A stretch of DNA of 64,000 bases. Source: a virus. Its lineage: Duplodnaviria; Caudoviricetes. Under the pieces are notes generated by a model. It saw only the letters and a list, made by a program, of their open reading frames with translations. It did no database searches and had not been told where the DNA came from. How positions within the stretch are numbered: the first letter of the stretch is position 1; each line of letters begins with the position of its first letter. Of the stretch, positions 21,690 to 31,208 are shown one piece after another. The stretch is taken from the IMG/VR virus record IMGVR_UViG_2974673715_000001, positions 64,001 to 128,000 of that record; one strand, 5' to 3'. The translations under genes were made by a program, and so were the position numbers.

Positions 21690-23222
21690 ATGGCAGCCCT
21701 ATTAACTGATCAATTTAGAATATTTTCTGCAAAGAAATTTATAAAAGCACTGGAAGGTCCTGACGCAACTCAGAGTGACGATGCAGCGGGAACTTCCCGT
21801 GATCGTTTGTATCTTTTCATTGGTAGACCCCAGACTTGGGATAATGAAAACTCGCCCCCACAGGCAGTAGACTCATTCTCAGAATTTTCTGGATCGTACG
21901 ATGACATGATATCGATGAAGAGAGTCCTCGCTTCTGACACGATTCAGGTCGTTCGTAGAATTGACTGGGTTTCCCCAGAACAAACTACAGGTGGACTAGG
22001 TTTTACCTATGACATGTATAGACATGACTATTCTCCTACCAAAACTGCTGCTTCAGGTGCTACCAAATTATATGACTCAGACTTTTATGTTGTGAATTCG
22101 CAATATCAATGTTATAAAGTCATCTATAATGGAACTTCTCCTTCAGACCCAAATGGAAAACCTTCTACAGTTGAACCTACAGGTACTTCTACTTCAATTA
22201 TCACTACTGGTGATGGTTATCGTTGGAAATACATGTATACCATCCCCGTAGCATCGGTTCTTAAATTTTTCTCAAATGACTACATGCCTGTCTTCACCAA
22301 TACATCGGTAAAGACAAATGCAGTTGCAGGTGAAATTGATACAGTTGTTATCAACTCTGCAGGTTCTGGTTACAACAACGGAACTTATGATAATGTTGCA
22401 ATTAATGGTGATGGAACTGGTGGTCGTGTTTCTATCGTTGTAGACGGTGGTAAGATTATTTCTGCTACTGTTACTTCTGGTGGAACAGGATATACATTTG
22501 GTAAAATAAGTGTTGACAACATCACTGGTATTGGAACAGGAACTGGTGCCATAGTTGATGTTATCATTCCTCCTCCAGGCGGACATGGATCAGACGCAGT
22601 TGTTGAACTGGGTGCTTTCCGTGTAATGATCAACGCCAAACTATCATATGATGAAGGTGCAGGTGACTTCCCAATCGATAACGATTATCGTCGTATTGGT
22701 CTTGTTACTAATCCTTTAAAATTTGGAACTTCTGAATTGATTTCTGATTTGACGGTTTCTGCTACAAAGGCAGCAATCTTCTCCCCTACATTCCAAGGCA
22801 ACTATGTGCCTGATGAAATTATTACTCAAACACGAGTTGTTGGTGGAACCAACGTTACTGCTCGTGGTCGTGTTATTTCTTGGAATGCCACAACTAAAGT
22901 TTTGAAATATTATCAGAACGCTATTGATGGTATCTTCCCCGAAGTTACAGGGACACAAAATGAGTTTGACGGATCTAACGTCATCAATGGTGCAACTTCT
23001 GGTGCAGCTGGTCAACCAGATGTTAATTTCCCTGCTGTTCCCAACTCTTCTTCTAGAACAATCAACAACACAGAATATGATTTGGGTATGAAGTTTAACA
23101 ATGGTTATTCCAAACCAGAGTTAGCGTCAAATAGCGGTCAGGTAGTTTATATAGATAATAGACGAGCAATCAGTCGTGCTAACGACCAAGTAGAAGACAT
23201 CAAAATCGTAATCGAATTCTAA
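21690..23222 (+). CDS. gp8: Baseplate wedge subunit gp8
   Basis: MAALLTDQFRI..., YLFIGRPQTW, YDMYRHDYS, GDGYRWKYMYTIP and the C-terminal YIDNRRAISRANDQVEDIKIVIEF are typical of T4-like gp8. Confidence 0.9.
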   Translation: MAALLTDQFRIFSAKKFIKALEGPDATQSDDAAGTSRDRLYLFIGRPQTWDNENSPPQAVDSFSEFSGSYDDMISMKRVLASDTIQVVRRIDWVSPEQTTGGLGFTYDMYRHDYSPTKTAASGATKLYDSDFYVVNSQYQCYKVIYNGTSPSDPNGKPSTVEPTGTSTSIITTGDGYRWKYMYTIPVASVLKFFSNDYMPVFTNTSVKTNAVAGEIDTVVINSAGSGYNNGTYDNVAINGDGTGGRVSIVVDGGKIISATVTSGGTGYTFGKISVDNITGIGTGTGAIVDVIIPPPGGHGSDAVVELGAFRVMINAKLSYDEGAGDFPIDNDYRRIGLVTNPLKFGTSELISDLTVSATKAAIFSPTFQGNYVPDEIITQTRVVGGTNVTARGRVISWNATTKVLKYYQNAIDGIFPEVTGTQNEFDGSNVINGATSGAAGQPDVNFPAVPNSSSRTINNTEYDLGMKFNNGYSKPELASNSGQVVYIDNRRAISRANDQVEDIKIVIEF

Positions 23223-26200
23223 TGGCACAAAATACCAACCTAAACGTCACACCATATTACGACGACTTTGATACGAGTAAAAACTTCTATCGAGTTTTGT
23301 TTCGTCCTGGTTTCCCTATTCAAGCGAGGGAACTTACAACGATGCAAAGCATCATGCAAAACCAAGTGGAGAATGTTGGTGCTCACTTGTTTAAAGATGG
23401 TGCGATGGTTATTCCAGGTCAAGTTGGTTATGACCTGACTGTTGATTGCATCATGCTCCAAGAATCTTTCTTAGGTGCTGATGTTGAACTTTATAGAACT
23501 CAATTAAATGATAAGATCATCACTGGTCTTACTACAGGTGTAAAGGCAAAAGTTCTTTACAGTATTTCTTCTACAGAATCAGATAAAGGTTATATCACTC
23601 TATATGTAAAGTATATTGAGTCTGGTGGAGCTAACAGCACTCAAGCAACTTTCGCAAATAATGAACAATTAATTACAGATACTGAAATCACTTTCGGAAC
23701 CACTTTGATTGAAGTTGGTTCTCCTTTCGCACAATTACTTCCTACTGGTGCTCTTCAAACAGGTTCTGTTGCTTATGTGCAATCTGGTGTATATTTCATC
23801 AGAGGATTCTTTGTTGATGTCCCATATCAATACATTCTTTTAGATCAATATGGAAGCAACCCCTCCTATCGTATCGGACTTGATATTCAAGAATCAATCG
23901 TTACCCCAGAAGATGACCTTAGCCTCAACGATAATGCTGCAGGAACATCTAACTATGCTGCTCCTGGTTCTCATAGATTTAGAATCACCACAAACTTAAT
24001 TAAGAAACTTCTTACTGATGATGCCGATAAAAACTTTATCGAACTTCTTCGTATCAATGCATCAAAGGTAGAAAAACTTCTTGATAGAACTGCGTATGAT
24101 GAATTAGAGAAGAGTATTGCACTTAGAACTTTTGAGGAGTCTGGAGATTACGTTGTTAAAGACTTTGAGGTCACTGTTAGAGAAAACCTTGATGATGGTT
24201 TTAATAATGGTGTATATGCTGCGGGTGCTACAACTTCATCTGGTGCAGTTGCTGCAGAATCAAAATACTCTGTTGAATTTGGTGCAGGTGTAGCGTACGT
24301 TAGAGGATATAGAATTAAGAGATTAGCACCAACCTACGTTGACTTAGACAAACCTCGTGAAGTTAAGGCAGCACAGAACACGATTGTTCCATTTGAAATG
24401 GGCAACTTTACAACTGTAAAAAATGTTTATGGATTCCCTAATGTTGCAGGTTCTACAATCACTAATGCATATCAAACTGTAGAATTAAGAGATGCATTTA
24501 CAACTACACCAGGTGATGCAAATGGTGTTGTTATTGGTTTTGCTCGTGTTTCCTCTATGGAGCATGTTGGTGATCCTGATAATACTTTTGGAAATGCTGA
24601 TGATCAATATAAGTTGAATATCTTCGATGTTCAAATGTTCACAGTTTTAGAACTAGCAACTGCTCAAACTATTGCAGCAGGTTCACTAGTTATTGGTGCA
24701 ACCTCAGGTTCTAGAGCATATCTAGTCAATGCTATTTCTAGTGATGATACTCTCATTGTATATCAAGTAGAAGGTAGTTTTGTAGAAGGTGAGATGGTCA
24801 CCGTTGATGGAGAAGCAGTTGATACTATCTCTGCATTACATAGTTACACATATTCTGATACTCGTCAGTATGTCTCCAGAGATGAAAGCACAAATGCTGT
24901 TGAATTTACTGCAGATGCAATCTTAGAAGATGTTTTACCTGTTGAGGGTGAAACCTTTACATACAGCACTACTGCAGGTAATGTTTTAACTACAGATACT
25001 GTCAGTGCTGCTGATGGGTCTAGAACTGCAGGAACTTATACCATAGGTGCATCTGACTACACTACTGATGCAAATGGAACAGGAGCAACATTCTCTATCG
25101 TAATTGACGGTTCTGGTGCTGCAACAGTTACTATTCTTAAGGGTGGTTTTGGGTACGTTGTAGATGAAACATTTACTATAGCAGATGCCAAACTTGGAGG
25201 AGGCGGTGGTGCTGCACTCACATTTGATGTTGCTACAGTTGGTCCTTCTATTGAGGGTTTACAATCAAACTTTGCTTTAGATCTAAGACCTGGTGATCAA
25301 GTATATTTTAGTTCTACAGAATTTGTTACTGTTGACACTGTAACTCAAACTGCAATCGCTACTACTAATACATCAAACATCTTTAATTATGGAAGACAAC
25401 TTGTAAATGTAACAGCTGGTTCTGCTGCTCCTTCTGCAGACACTTATAACGCTGCAGTCAGATTAAGAACTAAATTGAATGGCATCAATAATGCTGATCT
25501 TCTTAGCGATATGCCTAAGAAATACGTTAAGAGTATTTCTGATGAATCTATGATTGTTAGAAGAACATTTGATGCTCAGACTGTTGCTTCTAACTCTATC
25601 TCTATTACTTTACCTGAGAACGAACAGTTCCAAGCAATCAGTGATGAGAACTATACATTTACAGTTCTTGCAGGATCTAACTCTACTCACCCAGTTGGTG
25701 ATCAGATCACTATCAATACTACTAACTCTAGTGCTGTTGGATATACCACATTCTCAACTTCTGAAAGAACAACTTTACAGATTGCTAACTTAACAAATAT
25801 TACTTCTATTAAAGTAACAGCGACTATTTCTAAGAACGTTACTACTAGAAAAACAAAATCTGGTAATCAGATGTTTGTTCTTAAAGTTAATAAAACAACT
25901 CAAAATCTTGATAAGCAAAATTATAATTTAACATATTCAAATCTATACGGAACAAGAATTCAAGATAGAGACATCTCTCTTGGTTTAGTTGACTGCTATC
26001 GTCTCCATGCTGTATATGAATCTCTAGATGATAATGATCCTGTTATCCCATCTGTAACTTTAGTCGAACCTACTTTCTTTGCTACAGGAACTATCGTAAC
26101 TGGTAGAACTTCAAAAGCAAGGGCAAAAGTTGTTGCTTTCTCTTCAGGAACCCTGAAACTTAATGTTGTTTATCTATCTGGTATATTCCAACCAGGTGAA

Positions 26201-29200
26201 ATTCTTGATGGTTTTGACAGTAATAATACTGCAATCAATGCAATTATTAATGATAGTGCAGGATCTGTTATTGTTGGTTCAAAAGTTGTAACTGATAGTT
26301 ACTTCATGGAATCAAATCAAACAGGTTTTATGTATGATATTTCTAAAATTGTTCGTAAGAAAGGTATCGTTGCTCCTGTTAGAAAATTAAAAATTATTAT
26401 TGACTACTACAGTCATTCTGCAACTGGAGATTATTTTGGTGGTCAATCTTATCTCGATACATCATACAGCGATATTCCCTTCTTTAAGGTTAAATTCCTT
26501 GCTGATTACCTAGACTTTAGACCAGGTGCAAAGAACTTGTTTAGTGGAACAGGTACGGTAGCATCTCCTGCATTTGTAAATTGTTCTACATTTGACTTTA
26601 AGTCAAGAGTGTTTAATGTATCTGGAACACCTAATGCTACAGTCTTTGATATTCCAAAATTAAATAGTAATTTCCGTTGTGATTTTGATTGGTATCTACC
26701 TAGAGTTGACAAATGTTTTGTCACTCCTGATGGTGAGTTCCAAATTATTAAAGGTAAATCTTCTGAAAGACCAAAAGAACCTGATTCTCTAAAAGATGGT
26801 ATGCTTATAGCAACCATATCACATAAACCATATGGTTTTGATCCACTTGCAGATGTAGTAATTAAACGTTCTGATAATAAACGTTATACCATGCGTGATA
26901 TCGGTGGTTTAGAACGTAGATTAGATCAGGTTGAATATTATACATCACTCAACATGCTTGAGACTGATACAATCAATACTCAAATTCTTGATGCTAGTGG
27001 TAAGAATCGTTTGAAAAATGGATTTATTGTTGATGATTTTGGTGATCATAGTAAGTCTGATGTTGGACATGAAGATTTTTCTGCATCGCTTGACTTTAGA
27101 CAAGGGTATGCTCGTCCCTCTCATTACACAACTAACGTTCCTTTAGTAATTAATACAACTTTATCAACTAATATTCAACAAACTGGTCCTCTAATTACGT
27201 TACCATATACTGAAGAGGCGATTGTTAATCAACCATATGCTTCTCGTGTTGAGAATATTAACCCATTTAACGTCTTTACCTATATCGGTCGTATTACTTT
27301 AACACCTGGTTCTGATGATTGGTTGGATACTAATAGACTTCCTGCATCAGTTCAACAGATTGAAGGTGATTTCTTACAAGTTTCTTCTGAATTAAATGTT
27401 GATCAGAATGGTTTTGCTCCAATTGAATGGGGAGCATGGGAAACTACATGGACAGGTGAAGAAGTCATATCATCTGAGGTAACTAGAAACTCTCATTGGT
27501 TAGAAGAAGATATCGGTAGATCACCTAGACCTGATGTTTGGGATGGTCGTGGTATGCGTCGTGTTAATCAGACTGATACAATCGAAGTTACTGAAGATCA
27601 AGTAAGATCTGGTGTTAGAACTCAAGTTATTCCTAGAATTGATCGTCAATCTATGGGTGATGCTATTCTTTCTAGCACATCTATTCCTTGGATTCGTTCT
27701 AGAAACGTTGAAGTTGATGTTGCACGTCTAAAACCAAGAACACGTTTCTATTCATTCTTTGATGGAAAGGCAACTATTGATTATCAGATTCCTAAGATTA
27801 TTGAAATTATTAAAGATCCTACAGTTGATAGTAGAACAAACTCTACTCCCTTTGTTATTGGTGAAACCGTAACAGGTGAGATTAGTGGTTGTAAGTTTAA
27901 GGTTGCTGCTCCTGATGATTTTTATAAGTTCAATCCTTATGATGATACAACACTTCCTACTTCATATGCATCTACAACTGCATTCTTGAACATTGATACT
28001 ACTGAACTTTCTAAGCAAGCAATCGGTGACTTCTATGGAAATATGCAGGTTCAAGAAGTATTAGTTGGAACTTCTGGTGCTCGTGCTGTTGTTAAAGATC
28101 GTCGTCTAATTTCCGATCGTTTTGGTAAATTAAAAGCATCATTCTTTATTCCTAATCCTGGTGTAGATACAAACCCAAGATGGGCAACAGGAACTAGAAC
28201 TTTAAGACTTTCTACATCTGATGTTGATTCACGTCTTTCTGGTGCAGTTGCATCTTCTGCTCAAACTTCATATGAAGCAAGAGGTACGTTAAACACAGTT
28301 CAAGAAAATATCTTGGCAATTCGTAACGCAGAAATAGTTAATGATACTGTAACTCAAGAACAAACAATTCAGACAACTAGAACTGAGAGTAGACAGATTG
28401 GTTGGTATGACCCTCTCGCACAATCATTCATTGTTGATGAAGTCGGTGGTCGTTTCCTTACTTCAGTTGATGTTTACTTCTTTAAAAAGGATACAAACAT
28501 TCCAGTTTCTATGCAAATCAGAACAATGGAAAATGGTTATCCTACAACAACCATTCTACCTTTCTCTGATGTTACTCTAGAACCTGATCAGGTTCAGTTA
28601 TCAGAATCTGCTGCAGTTGCAACTAGATTCACATTTGATGCCCCTGTATACATTCCTCAATCCCAAGAACATTGTTTTGTTCTCCTTTCTGACTCTAACT
28701 CATATCAGATTTGGATTTCTAGAATGGGTGAGATTGATATCTCTGGTGACAGAACAATTTCCGAACAACCTTATGCAGGTGTTCTATTCAAATCTCAGAA
28801 CGCTACTACATGGACTGCAGATCAATATGAAGATCTTAAGTTTATTATCAACGCTGCATCATTCAGTAATACTGGACAAACTAAACTTGTATTGAATAAT
28901 GCTGAACTCGGTAGAGGAAATGGTGGTAAGTTAAATCTTCGTTCTGATGCTATTCAAACATTCCAACCAGAATTAGTTCTTACACTTAATTCCACAACAT
29001 TACCTTACACAGTTGGTTCTCGTATCTATCAAAAGACTACTTTAGCAGAGGGTACGATTACTGCAAGAACTGTAACAGCAGGTGGTGTTCAATTAACTAT
29101 TAATGATATTAGTGGTAACTGGGCAGCAGGATCTAATACTGGTGGAGTAATTGCTAACCGTGTTGTTTCTTCTAAGACATTAGCAACTATGGTTGTTAGT

Positions 29201-30688
29201 GGTGCTTCTGGTGACTTTACAGTCGGTGAAACAATTACAGGTAACTCCTCTACTGCTCCTACTGCAGAAGTTGTAAGTTGGACTACTGGAACAAATACAC
29301 TGACACTTAAATATGTGTCTTCTGCGTTTACTCCATCATCAGAAACTATTACTGGTGGAACTTCAACTAAAACTGCAACAGTCAGCAGTATTACTTACTC
29401 TGGAGACGCTGTTGAGTCTGCTGCAATCCAACCTTCCTTCCCAACAGGAACACCAACCTATTCTACAAATCAAAGAAAGATTCGTGTTTATCATAGTAAT
29501 CACTGTATGCACAGTGCATCTAACAATGTGATTATTGAAGGTGCTAAATCTGAGGTTTCTGATACTGCTTTGACTGCATCTATATCTGCTACAGATACTA
29601 GTATTGCTGTAGGAGACGCTACTGCATTCCACAAGATTATTAACGGTGCTGCTATTGGAACAAGTAACGTTGGTTACATTAAGATTAATGATGAAATTAT
29701 TTCTTATAGTGCAATCTCTAGTGATAACAAAACTATTACTGCTCATGAACGTGGTCTTGGAGGAACAACCGCAGCATCACATGCAGATGAGTCTGTAGTT
29801 GAGTGTTATAACTTAGATGGTATTCCTCTAATCGAAATTAATAAAACTCATGCAGGAATTGGAGATGTTACTTTAGATTACTATGAAATTTCCACATCAT
29901 CTATTGCTAGATTAGGAATTCTTGGTGGTGGAGCAGGTATCATAGCATCACAAAATATTCAATACAGCACTCTTGTTCCTCAGATTCAGAAGATGTTGCT
30001 TCCTAAGACTGACATTACTGCTAGAATTAACACAATTAGTGGTACGTCTATCAATGATGGATCTACTTTATCTCAAGCATCATTCTCAAATGATGGAGTA
30101 TTCTCTGATATTATTTTAAGTCAGGATAATGATTTGATTACACCACAATTAGTTTGTTCTGCAATCAATGAATCTTCTGAACTTAGCGGTGCTAAGTCAT
30201 TCAGAATGGATCTTACAATGACTACTGATAAGACTACAATTTCTCCTGTTATTGATACAGATAGAATGTCTATCACTTTGGTATCTAACCGTATCAATAG
30301 TCCTTCAGATCCTAATACTGCAAAACTATCAGTTGGTGATGGACATGATGCAGTTTATATTACTAAGACTGCAACTCTAACTAATCCTTCTGGTTCTATC
30401 AAAGTTTATTTTGCGGGATATCGCCCACCCAACAGTGAGATTAAGGTGCTATATAGAGTGCGTCCTGTTGGATCTTCTGTTCCTATAGAACAACTGGGAT
30501 TTGACTTCTTCCCAGCTGCAGGTTCTAAAGTTCCTGCAACTACAGAAAGAGAAATATATTCATCATATGAATATGAAGTATCTGGTTTGAGTTTTGATCA
30601 ATATCAAATCAAAGTAGTGTTTGTTTCTCCTAATCAGGCATTAGTGCCGATTATCAAAGATCTAAGAGCAATCGCTCTTGCTGTATAA
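23222..30688 (+). CDS. Large virion structural protein, VrlC / DUF4815-like
   Basis: N-terminal NLNVTPYYDDFD..KNFYRVLFRPGFPIQARELTTMQS, plus RYTMRDIGGLERRL..VEYYTSL, KNGFIVDDF, DPLAQSF and LFKSQNATTW motifs. This conserved gene follows gp8 in cyanomyoviruses. Confidence 0.8.
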   Translation: MAQNTNLNVTPYYDDFDTSKNFYRVLFRPGFPIQARELTTMQSIMQNQVENVGAHLFKDGAMVIPGQVGYDLTVDCIMLQESFLGADVELYRTQLNDKIITGLTTGVKAKVLYSISSTESDKGYITLYVKYIESGGANSTQATFANNEQLITDTEITFGTTLIEVGSPFAQLLPTGALQTGSVAYVQSGVYFIRGFFVDVPYQYILLDQYGSNPSYRIGLDIQESIVTPEDDLSLNDNAAGTSNYAAPGSHRFRITTNLIKKLLTDDADKNFIELLRINASKVEKLLDRTAYDELEKSIALRTFEESGDYVVKDFEVTVRENLDDGFNNGVYAAGATTSSGAVAAESKYSVEFGAGVAYVRGYRIKRLAPTYVDLDKPREVKAAQNTIVPFEMGNFTTVKNVYGFPNVAGSTITNAYQTVELRDAFTTTPGDANGVVIGFARVSSMEHVGDPDNTFGNADDQYKLNIFDVQMFTVLELATAQTIAAGSLVIGATSGSRAYLVNAISSDDTLIVYQVEGSFVEGEMVTVDGEAVDTISALHSYTYSDTRQYVSRDESTNAVEFTADAILEDVLPVEGETFTYSTTAGNVLTTDTVSAADGSRTAGTYTIGASDYTTDANGTGATFSIVIDGSGAATVTILKGGFGYVVDETFTIADAKLGGGGGAALTFDVATVGPSIEGLQSNFALDLRPGDQVYFSSTEFVTVDTVTQTAIATTNTSNIFNYGRQLVNVTAGSAAPSADTYNAAVRLRTKLNGINNADLLSDMPKKYVKSISDESMIVRRTFDAQTVASNSISITLPENEQFQAISDENYTFTVLAGSNSTHPVGDQITINTTNSSAVGYTTFSTSERTTLQIANLTNITSIKVTATISKNVTTRKTKSGNQMFVLKVNKTTQNLDKQNYNLTYSNLYGTRIQDRDISLGLVDCYRLHAVYESLDDNDPVIPSVTLVEPTFFATGTIVTGRTSKARAKVVAFSSGTLKLNVVYLSGIFQPGEILDGFDSNNTAINAIINDSAGSVIVGSKVVTDSYFMESNQTGFMYDISKIVRKKGIVAPVRKLKIIIDYYSHSATGDYFGGQSYLDTSYSDIPFFKVKFLADYLDFRPGAKNLFSGTGTVASPAFVNCSTFDFKSRVFNVSGTPNATVFDIPKLNSNFRCDFDWYLPRVDKCFVTPDGEFQIIKGKSSERPKEPDSLKDGMLIATISHKPYGFDPLADVVIKRSDNKRYTMRDIGGLERRLDQVEYYTSLNMLETDTINTQILDASGKNRLKNGFIVDDFGDHSKSDVGHEDFSASLDFRQGYARPSHYTTNVPLVINTTLSTNIQQTGPLITLPYTEEAIVNQPYASRVENINPFNVFTYIGRITLTPGSDDWLDTNRLPASVQQIEGDFLQVSSELNVDQNGFAPIEWGAWETTWTGEEVISSEVTRNSHWLEEDIGRSPRPDVWDGRGMRRVNQTDTIEVTEDQVRSGVRTQVIPRIDRQSMGDAILSSTSIPWIRSRNVEVDVARLKPRTRFYSFFDGKATIDYQIPKIIEIIKDPTVDSRTNSTPFVIGETVTGEISGCKFKVAAPDDFYKFNPYDDTTLPTSYASTTAFLNIDTTELSKQAIGDFYGNMQVQEVLVGTSGARAVVKDRRLISDRFGKLKASFFIPNPGVDTNPRWATGTRTLRLSTSDVDSRLSGAVASSAQTSYEARGTLNTVQENILAIRNAEIVNDTVTQEQTIQTTRTESRQIGWYDPLAQSFIVDEVGGRFLTSVDVYFFKKDTNIPVSMQIRTMENGYPTTTILPFSDVTLEPDQVQLSESAAVATRFTFDAPVYIPQSQEHCFVLLSDSNSYQIWISRMGEIDISGDRTISEQPYAGVLFKSQNATTWTADQYEDLKFIINAASFSNTGQTKLVLNNAELGRGNGGKLNLRSDAIQTFQPELVLTLNSTTLPYTVGSRIYQKTTLAEGTITARTVTAGGVQLTINDISGNWAAGSNTGGVIANRVVSSKTLATMVVSGASGDFTVGETITGNSSTAPTAEVVSWTTGTNTLTLKYVSSAFTPSSETITGGTSTKTATVSSITYSGDAVESAAIQPSFPTGTPTYSTNQRKIRVYHSNHCMHSASNNVIIEGAKSEVSDTALTASISATDTSIAVGDATAFHKIINGAAIGTSNVGYIKINDEIISYSAISSDNKTITAHERGLGGTTAASHADESVVECYNLDGIPLIEINKTHAGIGDVTLDYYEISTSSIARLGILGGGAGIIASQNIQYSTLVPQIQKMLLPKTDITARINTISGTSINDGSTLSQASFSNDGVFSDIILSQDNDLITPQLVCSAINESSELSGAKSFRMDLTMTTDKTTISPVIDTDRMSITLVSNRINSPSDPNTAKLSVGDGHDAVYITKTATLTNPSGSIKVYFAGYRPPNSEIKVLYRVRPVGSSVPIEQLGFDFFPAAGSKVPATTEREIYSSYEYEVSGLSFDQYQIKVVFVSPNQALVPIIKDLRAIALAV

Positions 30689-30915
30689 TGAAAATTCCTG
30701 TAAAAGACAATGCGAATTGGTTTAGGGACTCCTATGCGGGTTCCGTCCAGTGTGCTGATAAATCTCTGTATGAGAAATATATGGCAGCACATAAAGCAGA
30801 ACAAGTCAAGAAAAGGGAATTTACTACTTTACAAAATGAAGTTTCTGAGTTAAAATCAGATATGAGTGAAATTAAATCACTCTTACTAACGTTAGTCCAA
30901 AACAAAACATCATAA
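30688..30915 (+). CDS. Hypothetical protein (coiled-coil C-terminus)
   Basis: 75-aa ORF translationally coupled to the upstream gene (TAATG); LQNEVSELKSDMSEIKSLL heptads. Confidence 0.75.
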   Translation: MKIPVKDNANWFRDSYAGSVQCADKSLYEKYMAAHKAEQVKKREFTTLQNEVSELKSDMSEIKSLLLTLVQNKTS

Positions 30916-31130
30916 TGACTGTTGAAAAAGTATCACAAGAAGAGATGCATTCTCAATTTAAAGAGAGGTATCAAAAGTTGATTGAAGAAAATCAACAATT
31001 GTCTGCCAAAATTAAAGAAAATGAGGTGACTGCACTTAAACTATTAGGTGCTATTGAAACACTAGAATATTTTACAAAAGAAGAGGAAGAGACCGCTTCT
31101 ACTCCTCCTGATCCAGTTCCATCAGAATAA
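30915..31130 (+). CDS. Hypothetical protein (coiled coil)
   Basis: 71-aa ORF with TAATG coupling, followed by a terminator. Confidence 0.7.
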   Translation: MTVEKVSQEEMHSQFKERYQKLIEENQQLSAKIKENEVTALKLLGAIETLEYFTKEEEETASTPPDPVPSE

Positions 31131-31135
31131 TTTGA

Positions 31136-31161
31136 AGGGGGCACAGTCCCCCTCTTTTTTT
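31136..31161 (+). terminator. Rho-independent terminator
   Basis: AGGGGG-CACAGT-CCCCCT hairpin followed by CTTTTTTT. Confidence 0.8.
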
Positions 31162-31163
31162 AG

Positions 31164-31171
31164 CATAAATA
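31164..31171 (+). promoter_or_regulatory. Late promoter variant (CATAAATA)
   Basis: Lies immediately after the terminator and upstream of the fiber gene. Confidence 0.6.
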
Positions 31172-31208
31172 ATAAATGAAGCATAATCTAATCGAGTTGT
31201 CGTAACAA

